Assembly: GCA_002868945.1 (NCBI GenBank)
Contig: PKTX01000004.1
Span: 11,047-75,046, forward strand
Length of the DNA stretch: 64,000 bases
Reading direction: 5' to 3'
Source of the DNA: Desulfobulbaceae bacterium
GTDB taxonomy: Bacteria; Desulfobacterota; Desulfobulbia; Desulfobulbales; SURF-16
Numbering within the stretch: the stretch's first letter is position 1; each line of letters begins with the position of its first letter. The translations under genes and the position numbers were made by a program. Of the stretch, positions 1-9,163 are shown piece after piece. The notes under the pieces are model-generated. The model was not told the DNA's origin. It was given only the letters and a program-made list of their open reading frames with translations, and searched no databases.

Positions 1-4
1 TGCC

Positions 5-21
5 GTACATTATCCTGTACA
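5..21. promoter_or_regulatory. Candidate yefM-yoeB operator (GTACA / TGTACA inverted repeat next to the RBS)
   Basis: The sequence reads cGTACAttatccTGTACAGGAGGG, followed by ATG at 33. E. coli yefM-yoeB autoregulation uses palindromes with a TGTACA core (established knowledge). The window edge may cut off upstream repeats. Confidence 0.4.
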
Positions 22-32
22 GGAGGGCATCC

Positions 33-284
33 ATGAATACTATCACCTACACATCAGCAAGAGGAAACCTTGCAAAAACCATGGAAAAGGTTTGTGCAGA
101 TCATGAACCCGTGATTATCACCCGCAAGAAAGAAAATGCGGTAGTGATGCTTTCGCTTGATGACTACAAATCCTTGGAGGAGACTGCCTATCTTTTACGT
201 AGTCCCAAGAGTGCCAAGCGGCTTCTGGAGTCTATTGCAGAGCTGGAAAATGGAAAAGGAAAAGAGAGGGAACTTAGCGAGTGA
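33..284 (+). CDS. yefM: Phd/YefM-family antitoxin
   Basis: 83 aa. The N-terminus MNTITYTSARGNLAKTMEKV...PVIITRK...AVVMSLDDYKSLEETAYLLRSP is typical of YefM. Its stop overlaps the toxin start (GTGA). Confidence 0.85.
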   Translation: MNTITYTSARGNLAKTMEKVCADHEPVIITRKKENAVVMLSLDDYKSLEETAYLLRSPKSAKRLLESIAELENGKGKERELSE

Positions 285-535
285 AGCTGATTTTCTCAGA
301 AAATGCCTGGGACGATTACCTTTATTGGCAGAAAACAAACAAGAAGATCCTGAAGCGTATCAACTCATTGCTTAAAGAGATCGCACGTACTCCCTTTGAG
401 GGCACAGGCAAGCCGGAAGCTCTTCGGCATGCATTATCAGGCTATTGGTCGCGCCGCATCAATGATGAGCAGCGCTTAGTCTATAAGGCAACGGATGACT
501 CAATCTTTATTGCCCAGCTCCGTTATCATTATTGA
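281..535 (+). CDS. yoeB: YoeB/Txe-family mRNA interferase toxin
   Basis: 84 aa. MKLIFSENAWDDYLYWQ...GKPEALRHALSGYWSRRINDEQRLVY...LRYHY matches the conserved YoeB pattern, including the C-terminal YHY. GTG start with a 4-nt overlap onto yefM. Confidence 0.85.
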   Translation: MKLIFSENAWDDYLYWQKTNKKILKRINSLLKEIARTPFEGTGKPEALRHALSGYWSRRINDEQRLVYKATDDSIFIAQLRYHY

Positions 536-555
536 GCCAATAAGGGACTGAAATT

Positions 556-776
556 TTTAGGCCATCTTGAATAATTGCTGTTTTGCCCGATTTTTTCGGC
601 GCTACGAAAATTAAAATCCTCACATATGCTCGATATGCTGCACCCCAAGGACACCCGGAGTGTCGCAGGCTCCCTTACCTCTTTCAGGGCGCGCTTTTTA
701 TTTTCTATGCTTCGTGAACTCGAACAGGTAAGCGAGCGGAGCGAGACTCCGAAACATCTAATTATTCAAGATACCC
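556..776. repeat. Mosaic intergenic repeat, locus R1 (modules E, F, D, E')
   Basis: Four submodules recur at other loci. ggccatcttgaataattgct recurs at 25518, and as its reverse complement at 9061 and 59131. ctgcaccccaaggaYacYcggagWgtcgcaggctYccttacct recurs at 2575 and 35600(rc). ggtaagcgagcggagcgagactccgaaa recurs at 2527, 8925(rc) and 9034. Confidence 0.65.
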
Positions 777-866
777 TAAAATCGGATCGAATATCTCACT
801 ACCAGCGAATCCCAGCTTTCATCCCCGAAATGATGCTGTATGAGTGCGAATGCAGGGGGCCAAGCC

Positions 867-1910
867 TTACTTCTTGGTGGAATGGCAGGTGTAACAACCG
901 GTGCCCTCAGGCATGTTCGCATAATCCCAACGCAACATATCCGGCTGGTCAGAGCCGTGGGCCCGGTGGCAGGAGAGACAGGTTATCACAGCCTCGTCGC
1001 GGCTTGGCGCGTCAATGTTCAGATAGGCGACCGGCGCCTCGTTGCTGTAATTGTCAACAGGGTCATAGGCTCCGTACTCGCCGGTGCTGGGCAATAAAAT
1101 ATTATTGGGATGACGGAGCCAGGGGCTTGTTACCCCCATGTCTTTGTGAAAACCGGCGTGGCAACCAAGGCAAAAGGCGGAAATGGAGTGCCCCGCCGTG
1201 ATGCCGGTCCCCCCTCCCCACGTTATAGGTCCGTCTACCCCCTTGTAGACATTGCGGAGGCTGGGGTCGCTGCCGCCATCTTGTTCCCAGTCAGGGGCCT
1301 CGATTCCCAGGACATAGGCACCACTGTTTATGTGCCCTTTGAGAAACCTGAACCACGGTTTGCTGTCATCATGATGGGCAACCTCGGTGTGGCAGCCCTG
1401 GCAGCCCCTTTTGCCAAAGACGTTCTCGATGACGAGACTCTTGTGGCAGCTGGTGGTGCAGCCCGCCCCGAAGATGTTGCCAGGGGCACCTTCGGCGGCT
1501 GTGATATTAGCATCCTCTTCAGAGATTCCCCAGACATTGTGGCCATAGACATCATTCTCTGCGCCGCCTCGGCCCACCCAGTAGAAATTGCCGCCGGCCA
1601 GGGGGTTGGCTGGTGCCACGGTGGTGTTGAAGACAATGGGGGTACCGTTGACAATGGTCTCGGCAGTGGCGCTTGAATGGCATCCCACGCAATCATCCAT
1701 GAGCAGGGTCGTGCCTGTGCCGCCCTGGGCCATGGCGGCGCCGTCCTGGCTGTTGTGCATGGTGTGGCAATTGGAGCAGGAGCCTTCTACTTTGGCGTGG
1801 CAAACAGTGGCAACAAGGCAAAAATAAAGCAAGAAAAGCCCTGTCCAGGTCACCTTATTACTCCTTGTCGGCTTTAACACATGGTTGCCGCTGAGAGCCG
1901 CTGGTATCAT
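867..1910 (-). CDS. Secreted multiheme cytochrome c (about 7 heme sites)
   Basis: There are six CxxCH motifs (CSNCH, CVGCH, CQGCH, CLGCH, CLSCH, CYTCH) and one CxxxCH (CTTSCH). An N-terminal hydrophobic signal/anchor is present. RBS GAGGAAAAAAG precedes the ATG at 1910. Confidence 0.85.
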   Translation of the reverse strand: MIPAALSGNHVLKPTRSNKVTWTGLFLLYFCLVATVCHAKVEGSCSNCHTMHNSQDGAAMAQGGTGTTLLMDDCVGCHSSATAETIVNGTPIVFNTTVAPANPLAGGNFYWVGRGGAENDVYGHNVWGISEEDANITAAEGAPGNIFGAGCTTSCHKSLVIENVFGKRGCQGCHTEVAHHDDSKPWFRFLKGHINSGAYVLGIEAPDWEQDGGSDPSLRNVYKGVDGPITWGGGTGITAGHSISAFCLGCHAGFHKDMGVTSPWLRHPNNILLPSTGEYGAYDPVDNYSNEAPVAYLNIDAPSRDEAVITCLSCHRAHGSDQPDMLRWDYANMPEGTGCYTCHSTKK

Positions 1911-1965
1911 CTTTTTTCCTCATGAAACTGAACTGCTGGTAATGTTGTCATGGATCCTTCATTAC

Positions 1966-1999
1966 TGATAGCAAGTCTTACGTGATAGCAAGTTTTACG
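1966..1999. repeat. Perfectly tandem 17-bp direct repeat (TGATAGCAAGTYTTACG x2) upstream of the cytochrome gene
   Basis: tgatagcaagtcttacg (1966-1982) is followed directly by tgatagcaagttttacg (1983-1999). It lies 56-89 bp upstream of the cytochrome start at 1910. It may be a regulator binding site; that function is inferred. Confidence 0.5.
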
Positions 2000-2470
2000 C
2001 CACCTTGCCTGAGAAAAGAAGATGGCCGGACAAGGGGGGGCTTCCCTGTAGATAAAGGGCACGCTGCTGCCCCTCCCGGGATCGGCGAGATCAGTTCCTG
2101 CTCGGTAGTGGTCAGGATGTGGTGAGCAGAGAAGAAGGGTCTAGGAAAGTCACAACAGCGATCAAAAAACCGTCTCCATGCTCTCTGCAGGGTTCCCAGA
2201 GCTTGTGCTTTCATGAAATGTCCATACACCAAAGAGAGAAAGGGAACAATCCCGCCTTTGACTTCTGCTCTACACTCCCCTGTTGATTGACGAGTAGGAT
2301 GGCACCACCCATATCGACCTCAGCCATCATAAGCGCCCTATGGAGACCTGCAGGAGCACCCCAAGCCCGCTTCTTTGCGGGCGTGCCTAGGGTTTTCGCA
2401 CGCCTTGATCGCAAGCAGGTACACGAGCCTGCGAGATTCCGGCATGACCTGTTTACGGACAGGCACTTAG

Positions 2471-2688
2471 CAGCCTGTTGAAAAGCTACTGCGCTGGCTG
2501 ATGCGGCGTCAAAATTCGGCTTGAGCTAAGCGAGCGGAGCGAGACTCCGAAATGCTCCTAAACCACATGGAAACTGCACCCCAAGGATACTCGGAGAGTC
2601 GCAGGCTTCCTTACCTCCTGCGGGCGCGCATTTTTTCGCCCTATTTTTCCTTGCCTCAGCTGCGCTGGCTACGTTTTTCAACGGGCTG
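2471..2688. mobile_element. MITE-like element, type B (TIR cagccYgttgaaaa), 218 bp
   Basis: The ends are cagcctgttgaaaag ... acgtttttcaacgggctg. An inverted copy lies at 8815-9033 with roughly 85-90% identity by eye. Confidence 0.6.
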
Positions 2689-2696
2689 TTAGTTAG

Positions 2697-2835
2697 TGCC
2701 TGTCCAGAAATGGCCCTTTCATCCGATCTCGGCGTCATGCTCAAAAAATAATGCTCGGAATATCGGATATATGCCTGCGCTTATTTTTCTCGCAGTCCTT
2801 GATCTCGAACGAAATGACCTATTTCTGGACAGACA
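2697..2835. mobile_element. MITE-like element, type A (TIR tgYctgtccagaaatgg), 139 bp
   Basis: Terminal inverted repeats are tgcctgtccagaaatgg ... ctatttctggacagaca. It differs at only 3 of 139 positions from the copy at 25638-25776. It has no coding capacity. Confidence 0.75.
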
Positions 2836-4914
2836 CTAGTTGCTCTGTGTTGAATCCAACACCCGGCGGATCGTCTCGGCCAGCTCTTGCAGCGCCACCG
2901 GCTTCACCATGAAGGCCCGGACTCCGTTGGCCTGGGCCTCCTCCCGGCCGATAAGCTCGCTGTAACCGGTGCAGAGCACCACCGGCAGAGCCGGCCGAAG
3001 GCGAAGGACCCGTCGAGCCAGCTCGTAACCGCTGAGATGGGGCATGGTCATATCGGTGAGCAGCAGGTCAAAGGCCAAAGGATCGGTCTCAAGCAGAGTC
3101 AGGGCCTCCATCGGATCATTGAAAATCGTCACCTGATAGCCCAGGCCGCTGAGCATGGCCCGCAGCATGTCGGTGATCATATCCTCGTCGTCCACCACCA
3201 GCAGCCGCTCCGTGCCGGTGGGGAGCTCCTTCAGGCAATCCGCGCATCCAAGTCCGGCTTCGTCCGGCACCAGCGGCAGATAGACATGAAAGCTGGTACC
3301 CTGATCCGGCTCACTGTAAACCGTGATATGGCCCTGAAAACTTTTGACGATGCCGTGCACCACCGAAAGACCCAAACCGGTGCCTTCGCCTTTGGCCTTG
3401 GTGGTGAAATAGGGCTCGAAGATGCGGGGCAGGATCTCTTTTGCAACCCCGGGGCCGGTGTCGCTGATTTCGATGAGGGCATATCTGCCCGGGCTGAGCT
3501 CGGCCCCCACCACCTTGCCGTCTTGAGGATCGATCTCTATGCGACTCAGGCGAACCCCCAGCACGCCGCCGCTCTCACGCATGGCCTGATAGGCGTTGTT
3601 GCACAGATTCATGACAATTTGGTGAAGCTGGGTGGGGTCGGCCATGATCGCGCCGCAGTCCACGGGAACATCCTCGCGGATCTCGATGCTTGCCGGCAGG
3701 GAGGCTCGTAGCAACTTCAGGGCCTCCTTGATGATGGACTGGGGGAGCAGGGGCTGGTTTTCCTGGGGAGCCCGCCGGCTGAATGCCAGGATCTGCCCCA
3801 CCAGATCCTGGGCCCGCCGGGCGGCCTTGGTGATCTGGCCGAGATCCGAAGCCAGCGCTCCTTCGGGATCACGCAGCAGGGCCAGTTCAGCATAGCCGAG
3901 AATGGGAGCCAGGATGTTGTTGAAGTCGTGGGCGATGCCGCCGGCCAGGGTGCCGATGGCCTCCATCTTCTGGGCCTGGCGCAGGCGGTCTTCCAGGCGA
4001 AGCTTGTCCTCTTCATACTCCTTGCGTGCCGTGATATCGCGGTCGATGCCGCGATAGCCGCAAATCCGCCCCTGGCCATCGAACATGGGCGTGCCGCTGG
4101 ACTCAACAATGACCAAGCGGCCCTCCTTGGTGAGAAAACGCCGCTCCACCGCCTGATAGGGACTGGCCGAGTCCACGCAGGAGGAAAAAATCCGCCGCAA
4201 CTGGTCCCGACTCTCCGGCTCGCAGAGCACCTCGAAAAAAATCCTGCCGAGCAGTTCCTCGGGAGTATAGCCGTAAAGCTTCCGGCTCACCGGTGAACAG
4301 TAGGAGAACCTGCCTTCGCAGTCAACCTCCCAGACAAAATCACTGATTGTCTCCACCAGGGAGCGAAAACGATGCTCCGAGGCGCTGATCTCCTGGCGTT
4401 GCTGTTCCGCCAACCGGGAAAGATGCCACTTGGCCGTGAGCGAGAGGGCAAGCTGCTTGATTTCATCCGGGTCAAAGGGTTTGCGCAGAAAGAGCAGCTT
4501 TTCCGATGAGCCCACGGCCCGGACAATCTCCTCAATGCTGTGATCGGAATAGGCAGTGACAATAACCAGCTCAATCTCCGGATCCAGGGCACGGATTCGC
4601 TTTGACGTCTCCATTCCGTCCCAGCCGGGCGGCATCCGAACATCGACAAAAGCCAGGGCAAAGGGCTCTTCCTTGCGCAGCGCCTCCTCCACCATAGCGT
4701 ACCCTTCCTGCCCCTGAACGGCGAAGGAAAGAGAGTAATGCGCCACAGCAGGATCATCCTCCATCACCGGCGAGAGAAGATGGTTTATTTTGTCGGCGGA
4801 TGTTCCGGAAGATACCGCCTCCGGTGTCAACACCAGCTGATACGCCTTCCAAATATCCAGATCATCGTCAATTACCAGAATACGCCGGGGTTGCTGCATC
4901 TTATCCATTGTCAT
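2836..4914 (-). CDS. Hybrid sensor histidine kinase / response regulator (REC-PAS-HisKA-HATPase-REC)
   Basis: The N-terminal receiver is [12 protein letters not shown]...[14 protein letters not shown] region follows ([16 protein letters not shown]). The H-box is [11 protein letters not shown] and the G-boxes are DTGPGV / GTGLGLS. The C-terminal receiver is RLLVVDDED...LLLTDMTMP. The start was moved from ORF-track 5070 to the ATG at 4914 (MTMDK) to avoid overlapping the upstream kinase gene. Confidence 0.85.
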   Translation of the reverse strand: MTMDKMQQPRRILVIDDDLDIWKAYQLVLTPEAVSSGTSADKINHLLSPVMEDDPAVAHYSLSFAVQGQEGYAMVEEALRKEEPFALAFVDVRMPPGWDGMETSKRIRALDPEIELVIVTAYSDHSIEEIVRAVGSSEKLLFLRKPFDPDEIKQLALSLTAKWHLSRLAEQQRQEISASEHRFRSLVETISDFVWEVDCEGRFSYCSPVSRKLYGYTPEELLGRIFFEVLCEPESRDQLRRIFSSCVDSASPYQAVERRFLTKEGRLVIVESSGTPMFDGQGRICGYRGIDRDITARKEYEEDKLRLEDRLRQAQKMEAIGTLAGGIAHDFNNILAPILGYAELALLRDPEGALASDLGQITKAARRAQDLVGQILAFSRRAPQENQPLLPQSIIKEALKLLRASLPASIEIREDVPVDCGAIMADPTQLHQIVMNLCNNAYQAMRESGGVLGVRLSRIEIDPQDGKVVGAELSPGRYALIEISDTGPGVAKEILPRIFEPYFTTKAKGEGTGLGLSVVHGIVKSFQGHITVYSEPDQGTSFHVYLPLVPDEAGLGCADCLKELPTGTERLLVVDDEDMITDMLRAMLSGLGYQVTIFNDPMEALTLLETDPLAFDLLLTDMTMPHLSGYELARRVLRLRPALPVVLCTGYSELIGREEAQANGVRAFMVKPVALQELAETIRRVLDSTQSN

Positions 4915-4960
4915 TGCCTTGTTGCCTTCCTTTTTCTGCTCCACATCCTGCCTGGTGCCT

Positions 4961-6742
4961 TCACTCTTCCACATTCTGCACCCCCGACACTGCGGCAGGC
5001 AGCAGCACACGGAAACACGCCCCTTTGCCCGGCCCTTCACTCTCTGCCTCGATAAAACCTCTGTTGGCAATCATGTAGTTGGCACAGGCATGCAAGCCAA
5101 AGCCGCTGCCCCGTGCCTTGGTGGAATAGCCGAAGTTGAAAAACCGCTTCTTTTCCTCTTCCGTAAATCCGCACCCCGTATCGGTAACGGAAAAGAAGAC
5201 CAGGCATTGGCCACTGTCCTCCCGGGTATCCGTGACAATGGTCAACTCCCGCACTTCAACGCCACTGTCATCCATGGACTCATAACCATTTTTGATCAAA
5301 TTGACCAGAACCTGAAGAAGCTTTGCCTCTTCCGCCCGCACCGGGGGCACCTCACCCAGGCGGGTCTCGACAGTGATCTGCCGCTTGCCGATATCATCGG
5401 CCAGAATTTTCAGGGCATCCTTGACAAGGCGGTTGATATCAAGATCTTCGGAATGGTCCATGAGCCGGGCGTAGCGCATCTGCAGCCGGATAATGCTTTC
5501 TATATGGCGATGTTTGCCGATGATTGAATGGAGTTCGTTGATGGTGCGATCAAACTCCTCGGTAACCCCGGCTGGAAGATAGCGGATGATCTCCAGGCAA
5601 TGCTCTTTCTCCGCCTGGTTCAACAGCCTCTTTCCTTCAAGAAAATCGCGCAACGGCATAACGGATTCCGCCAGTTTTGAACGAAGGGGACTTTGGGAGA
5701 GATGGGTGCACAGTGTCGTGGCTCCCACCTGAGCCGGCGTAATGGCGTTGCCGATATTGTGCAACACCCCCACGGCCATCTCTGCCATGCCCGCCTCGTG
5801 GGCCTGGCGGACCATGATGTCCTGCACCTCCCGCAGCTCCTGCGTCCTCTCCTCCACCTTTCGTTCCAGAGAACGGGCGTATTCATCAAGCTGTTGCCGC
5901 ATCAGACGCAACTTCTCAGTCATACTGTTGAACGAGGAGGCCAGCCCGACGAATTCCTCGCAAATCATACCCGACAAGGCTATTTCGCGATCAAGATCAC
6001 CGGCCGCAACCTGCTGGACACCGGCATGCAGCACTCTGGTCGTCCGCACAAAGGAACGGGTCAGGATGATGACCACCGTCAGTCCTGCCAGGAAGAAAAC
6101 AAAGAGGATATAGCAAAAATTAATGGTAACCTGGCGCATCTGCGCGGTCCAGGCCGACTGCGCCCGGGCAATTTCATTCTCCATGGGCGCCAAGGTATAG
6201 CCGCAACGAATTACCCCCCATAGCAGATCACCGCTATAAACCGGAAATACCGCCTCCAAAATCCTGCGGGCGCCCTCCTGTTCCTTCTCCGGCCACAAAT
6301 ATTCAACCGAGATTTTGCCGCCCGGCCTCTTCCCGGGAAACGTCTTCTCCATCAAAGTAGCGGCCTTATCGTCAAGCTCCCCGGTGAGGCGACTGCCGAC
6401 TAGATTAGTGTCGTTATGCGCAATAACGGTCCGTGACCGATCCATAATCATACAGTAGAGGATTTCAGGATCGTCCCGAACCACCTCGACAACCAGGTTC
6501 TGTAAGAAGGTGAAATCAAAACCGGCCACGGCCTCTCTGGTACTCATGGCCGTACTCCGAACCAGGGAGGCGCTGCGGAGGACCAGACCCTGTCGGATCA
6601 TATCGATATTGCGTTCGAGTTGAGTGTCGCGAAGCTGAACGGTTTCACGGAGGATGAAAAAGCTGAAGGCCGGAAAGAGCACGCAGAGCAGAATCAAGTT
6701 CATGCCCAGTAAGTATACGGTGATGGTTGGTCGTTTCCGCAT
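4961..6742 (-). CDS. Membrane sensor histidine kinase (periplasmic sensor domain, HAMP, kinase core)
   Basis: Two TM segments flank a periplasmic domain of about 170 aa. A HAMP-like linker is present. The H-region is GVLHNIGNAITP. The ATPase motifs are NLIKNGYES, DTGCGF and GSGFGLH. Confidence 0.8.
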   Translation of the reverse strand: MRKRPTITVYLLGMNLILLCVLFPAFSFFILRETVQLRDTQLERNIDMIRQGLVLRSASLVRSTAMSTREAVAGFDFTFLQNLVVEVVRDDPEILYCMIMDRSRTVIAHNDTNLVGSRLTGELDDKAATLMEKTFPGKRPGGKISVEYLWPEKEQEGARRILEAVFPVYSGDLLWGVIRCGYTLAPMENEIARAQSAWTAQMRQVTINFCYILFVFFLAGLTVVIILTRSFVRTTRVLHAGVQQVAAGDLDREIALSGMICEEFVGLASSFNSMTEKLRLMRQQLDEYARSLERKVEERTQELREVQDIMVRQAHEAGMAEMAVGVLHNIGNAITPAQVGATTLCTHLSQSPLRSKLAESVMPLRDFLEGKRLLNQAEKEHCLEIIRYLPAGVTEEFDRTINELHSIIGKHRHIESIIRLQMRYARLMDHSEDLDINRLVKDALKILADDIGKRQITVETRLGEVPPVRAEEAKLLQVLVNLIKNGYESMDDSGVEVRELTIVTDTREDSGQCLVFFSVTDTGCGFTEEEKKRFFNFGYSTKARGSGFGLHACANYMIANRGFIEAESEGPGKGACFRVLLPAAVSGVQNVEE

Positions 6743-6897
6743 GGTCTCCCTACGGTTTAAAAAACTATTTTACCCGTCATGGCCGCAGAGAGAACACATT
6801 CTCCTTCCGGATTGCCAGTTCTTTCAGGGTACCTGTGGAAAAAATGAAAAGGCAAGAAAAAATTGGCCCAATCAAGCCCTGCGGCGCCCTTGCCATT

Positions 6898-8610
6898 TTA
6901 GCCGAAATGCTTGTCCACAGTGGCGATTCGGCTGTGAATGGGCGGCACAATCTCATCGTCGATCCAGACATCCAGGACAGTGGGCCGCCCCTGGGCAATA
7001 ATATCGTGCGCCAGCTCGGGAGTAAGCGGGTTGGCGCCATCAAGGCGGACCCCCCGGGCCCCCAGGCCTTCGGCTATCTGGACAAAATCCACCCGTTTGA
7101 AACAGGGCGGCAGCCCGTCCGGGATCGGCGTCTTGAAAAGCCGCCGACCATGGTGGACCATGCCCAGCATGGCATTATTAAAGACCACCCAGATCACCGG
7201 AATATCATTATCCACTGCCGTGGCAACTTCAAATCCGTTCATCAGAAAAGAACCGTCGCCGACCATGGCCACCACCGGCCGCTCCGGCACCGCCAGCTTG
7301 GCGCCCACCGGCGCCGCCAACGCATAGCCCATGGAACCGAAGCCCAGGGAGACATAAAAACTGTAGGGCCGGTCAATGGTCATATGCCGTATGGCCCAGG
7401 CCATGGAAGTGCCGATGTCGGCAAAATAGACGGTATCAGCAGGGAAGCAGCGCTGAATGTCCAACACCAGATTCCGCGGGTGGTACAGGTTTTGCCGGCC
7501 GTCGCAATCTTCAGGCACATCCTGGTGCTTCCGCCGCAATGCAGCGACACTCTCCATCACCGAATTACCATGGACAGAGGAATACTGCTGCGAGCGCTCT
7601 TCCACAATAGCCTTGCACAGCTCCTTGAGATTCACTCTGGCATCGCCCACCAGCCCCACGGAAACGCAATAATTCCTGCCAATCTTCTCCTGATCGATAT
7701 CGACATGGATGAGGTGCTCGGTGGGACGGATGCGCTCGTCCCAACCGCTGGTCATCATCTCGGAAAAACTGGTGCCCACCCCGAGCATGACATCCGCCTC
7801 GTTGTCGATAATGTACTCCTTGGCCGCAGGGCTGCCGGCAAAACCCAAGACGCCAAGCGACAGGGGATGTGATTCCGGAAAGATCCCCTTGGCCTTGGGC
7901 GAAGTGGCCACCGGCACCTGCAGAAGCTGGGCAAGCTCAAGCAGCTCATTGGCGGCCCGGGAAAGCACAACCCCCCACCCGGCGATCACCACCGGGCGCT
8001 TGGCAGCCACCAGAAACTTAGCGGCCCGCTTGACGTTCTCCTCGTCAAAGAGCCGCCCCTCCATCCTGAAGGAACAGAGCTGTTGCTGCTCCACTTCACG
8101 CTTCATTATGTCGGTGGGCAGGTTGAGGTGGGTGGGGCCGGTGGGGCCGCTCATGGCGAGTCGCATAGCCTTCTGCAGCATATACTGGGCGCGGCCTTCC
8201 GTGATCAGCATGCCGCTGTATTTGGTGAAATTCCGGAAGATGTTGGTGATGTTCACCCCCTCGGAGCCGGACTCCTGGATGGCCCCCTTGCCGAACACCG
8301 AGGTGGCCACCTGGCCGGTGAGGGCCAGAACCGGAATCTGGTCGGCATAGGAAGAGGCCAAACCGGTAATAAGGTTGGAGGCGCCGGGGCCGGCCGTGGT
8401 GCAGCAGACGCCGAGACGCCGGGAAACCCGGGCAAAGCCGTCGGCCATGAAGGCGGCACCCGCCTCATGTTTGGTGACAATGGGCCTGAGGCTCTTCTTG
8501 TTGTGATAGATCGCGGCGTTCAGATCCTCGATGGCCCCTCCCGGCACGCCAAAAATATAGTCAACCCCGAAATTGGCCAAAAGATCGATCATCAACTCCG
8601 CAGTATTCAT
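6898..8610 (-). CDS. Thiamine-diphosphate-dependent enzyme, acetolactate synthase large-subunit-like
   Basis: NFGVDYIFGVPGGAIEDL, TTAGPGASNLITG and GSMGYALAAPVGAKLA...VAMVGDGSFLMN (the ThDP GDG-N motif) are present. The start was refined to the ATG at 8610, which has the strong RBS GGAGGGGAAA. Confidence 0.8.
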   Translation of the reverse strand: MNTAELMIDLLANFGVDYIFGVPGGAIEDLNAAIYHNKKSLRPIVTKHEAGAAFMADGFARVSRRLGVCCTTAGPGASNLITGLASSYADQIPVLALTGQVATSVFGKGAIQESGSEGVNITNIFRNFTKYSGMLITEGRAQYMLQKAMRLAMSGPTGPTHLNLPTDIMKREVEQQQLCSFRMEGRLFDEENVKRAAKFLVAAKRPVVIAGWGVVLSRAANELLELAQLLQVPVATSPKAKGIFPESHPLSLGVLGFAGSPAAKEYIIDNEADVMLGVGTSFSEMMTSGWDERIRPTEHLIHVDIDQEKIGRNYCVSVGLVGDARVNLKELCKAIVEERSQQYSSVHGNSVMESVAALRRKHQDVPEDCDGRQNLYHPRNLVLDIQRCFPADTVYFADIGTSMAWAIRHMTIDRPYSFYVSLGFGSMGYALAAPVGAKLAVPERPVVAMVGDGSFLMNGFEVATAVDNDIPVIWVVFNNAMLGMVHHGRRLFKTPIPDGLPPCFKRVDFVQIAEGLGARGVRLDGANPLTPELAHDIIAQGRPTVLDVWIDDEIVPPIHSRIATVDKHFG

Positions 8611-8814
8611 TTTCCCCTCCGGGATGAAGTTACGCAGCATACTCGCCGCTTCAATCATGCACCGCAAAAAGTGCAAAACACCTTGCGGTTTTCCTCTGTT
8701 TTCCAGTATGGAAATACCACGCTACCGCAACAAATAAAATTCCGTTTACCACCATCCAGCCATTACCTCATCAGCAGGCAGAAAAGGGTGCTCTGTAGCT
8801 CATGTGAGCGATAA

Positions 8815-9082
8815 ACGGCCTGCTGAGGCAAGGAAAAATGAGGCGAAAAAATGCGCCGCAGGAGGTAAGGGAGCCTGCGACACTCCGAGTACCCTTGGGG
8901 TGCTGTTTCCATGTGGCTCAGGAGCATTTCGGAGTCTCGCTCCGCTCGCTTGGCTCAAGCCGAATCTTAACGACGCATCAGCAGATAGCGAACGAAGAGA
9001 GACCTTCGAGCATAGTAGTTTTTCAACAGGCTGGTAAGCGAGCGGAGCGGGACTCGAAAATAGCAATTATTCAAAATGGCCT
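8815..9082. mobile_element. Type B MITE-like element (inverted copy, left end truncated) plus D/E modules
   Basis: 8815-9033 aligns to the reverse complement of 2471-2688. It is followed by ggtaagcgagcggagcgggactcg and agcaattattcaaaatggcc. Confidence 0.6.
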
Positions 9083-9163
9083 TTATTCCAGGAATAGAGG
9101 CTTAGACTCGATGGTCATCAAAAATAAAAAAGAGTTCTTCACTCGTGTTGAGAGAAATAAAAA

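Noticed and set aside
575-1201. 208-aa plus-strand ORF starting in repeat locus R1 and running antisense into the cytochrome gene
   Set aside because: It begins with a non-ATG start inside a dispersed repeat. It is Arg/Cys/Pro-rich and overlaps the well-supported cytochrome c gene.
1978-2414. ORFs of 84 and 67 aa in the unassigned 0.5-kb region upstream of the cytochrome gene
   Set aside because: There is no RBS, no recognisable motif and odd composition. I left the region uncalled; it may be a degraded gene or a long regulatory region.
2526-2744. Small ORFs inside the type B repeats (72 aa here, 77 aa at 8804-9037, a related one at 35524-35730) share peptide strings such as KKCA..GGK.ACD.PS.LGV.FPCG.GAFRSLAPLA
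   Set aside because: I aligned the two DNA copies codon by codon. Nearly all differences are non-synonymous (E/R, G/E, T/S, T/I, L/Q, S/L), with only one synonymous change, and one copy has TAG where the other has TGG. The peptide similarity therefore just reflects DNA repeat identity, not selection for coding.
6727-7872. 381-aa plus-strand ORF antisense to the ALS-like gene. Similar antisense ORFs are at 12400-13350 and 43911-44864.
   Set aside because: The reasoning is the same in each case: the opposite strand encodes a recognisable protein, and these translations lack motifs and are compositionally biased.
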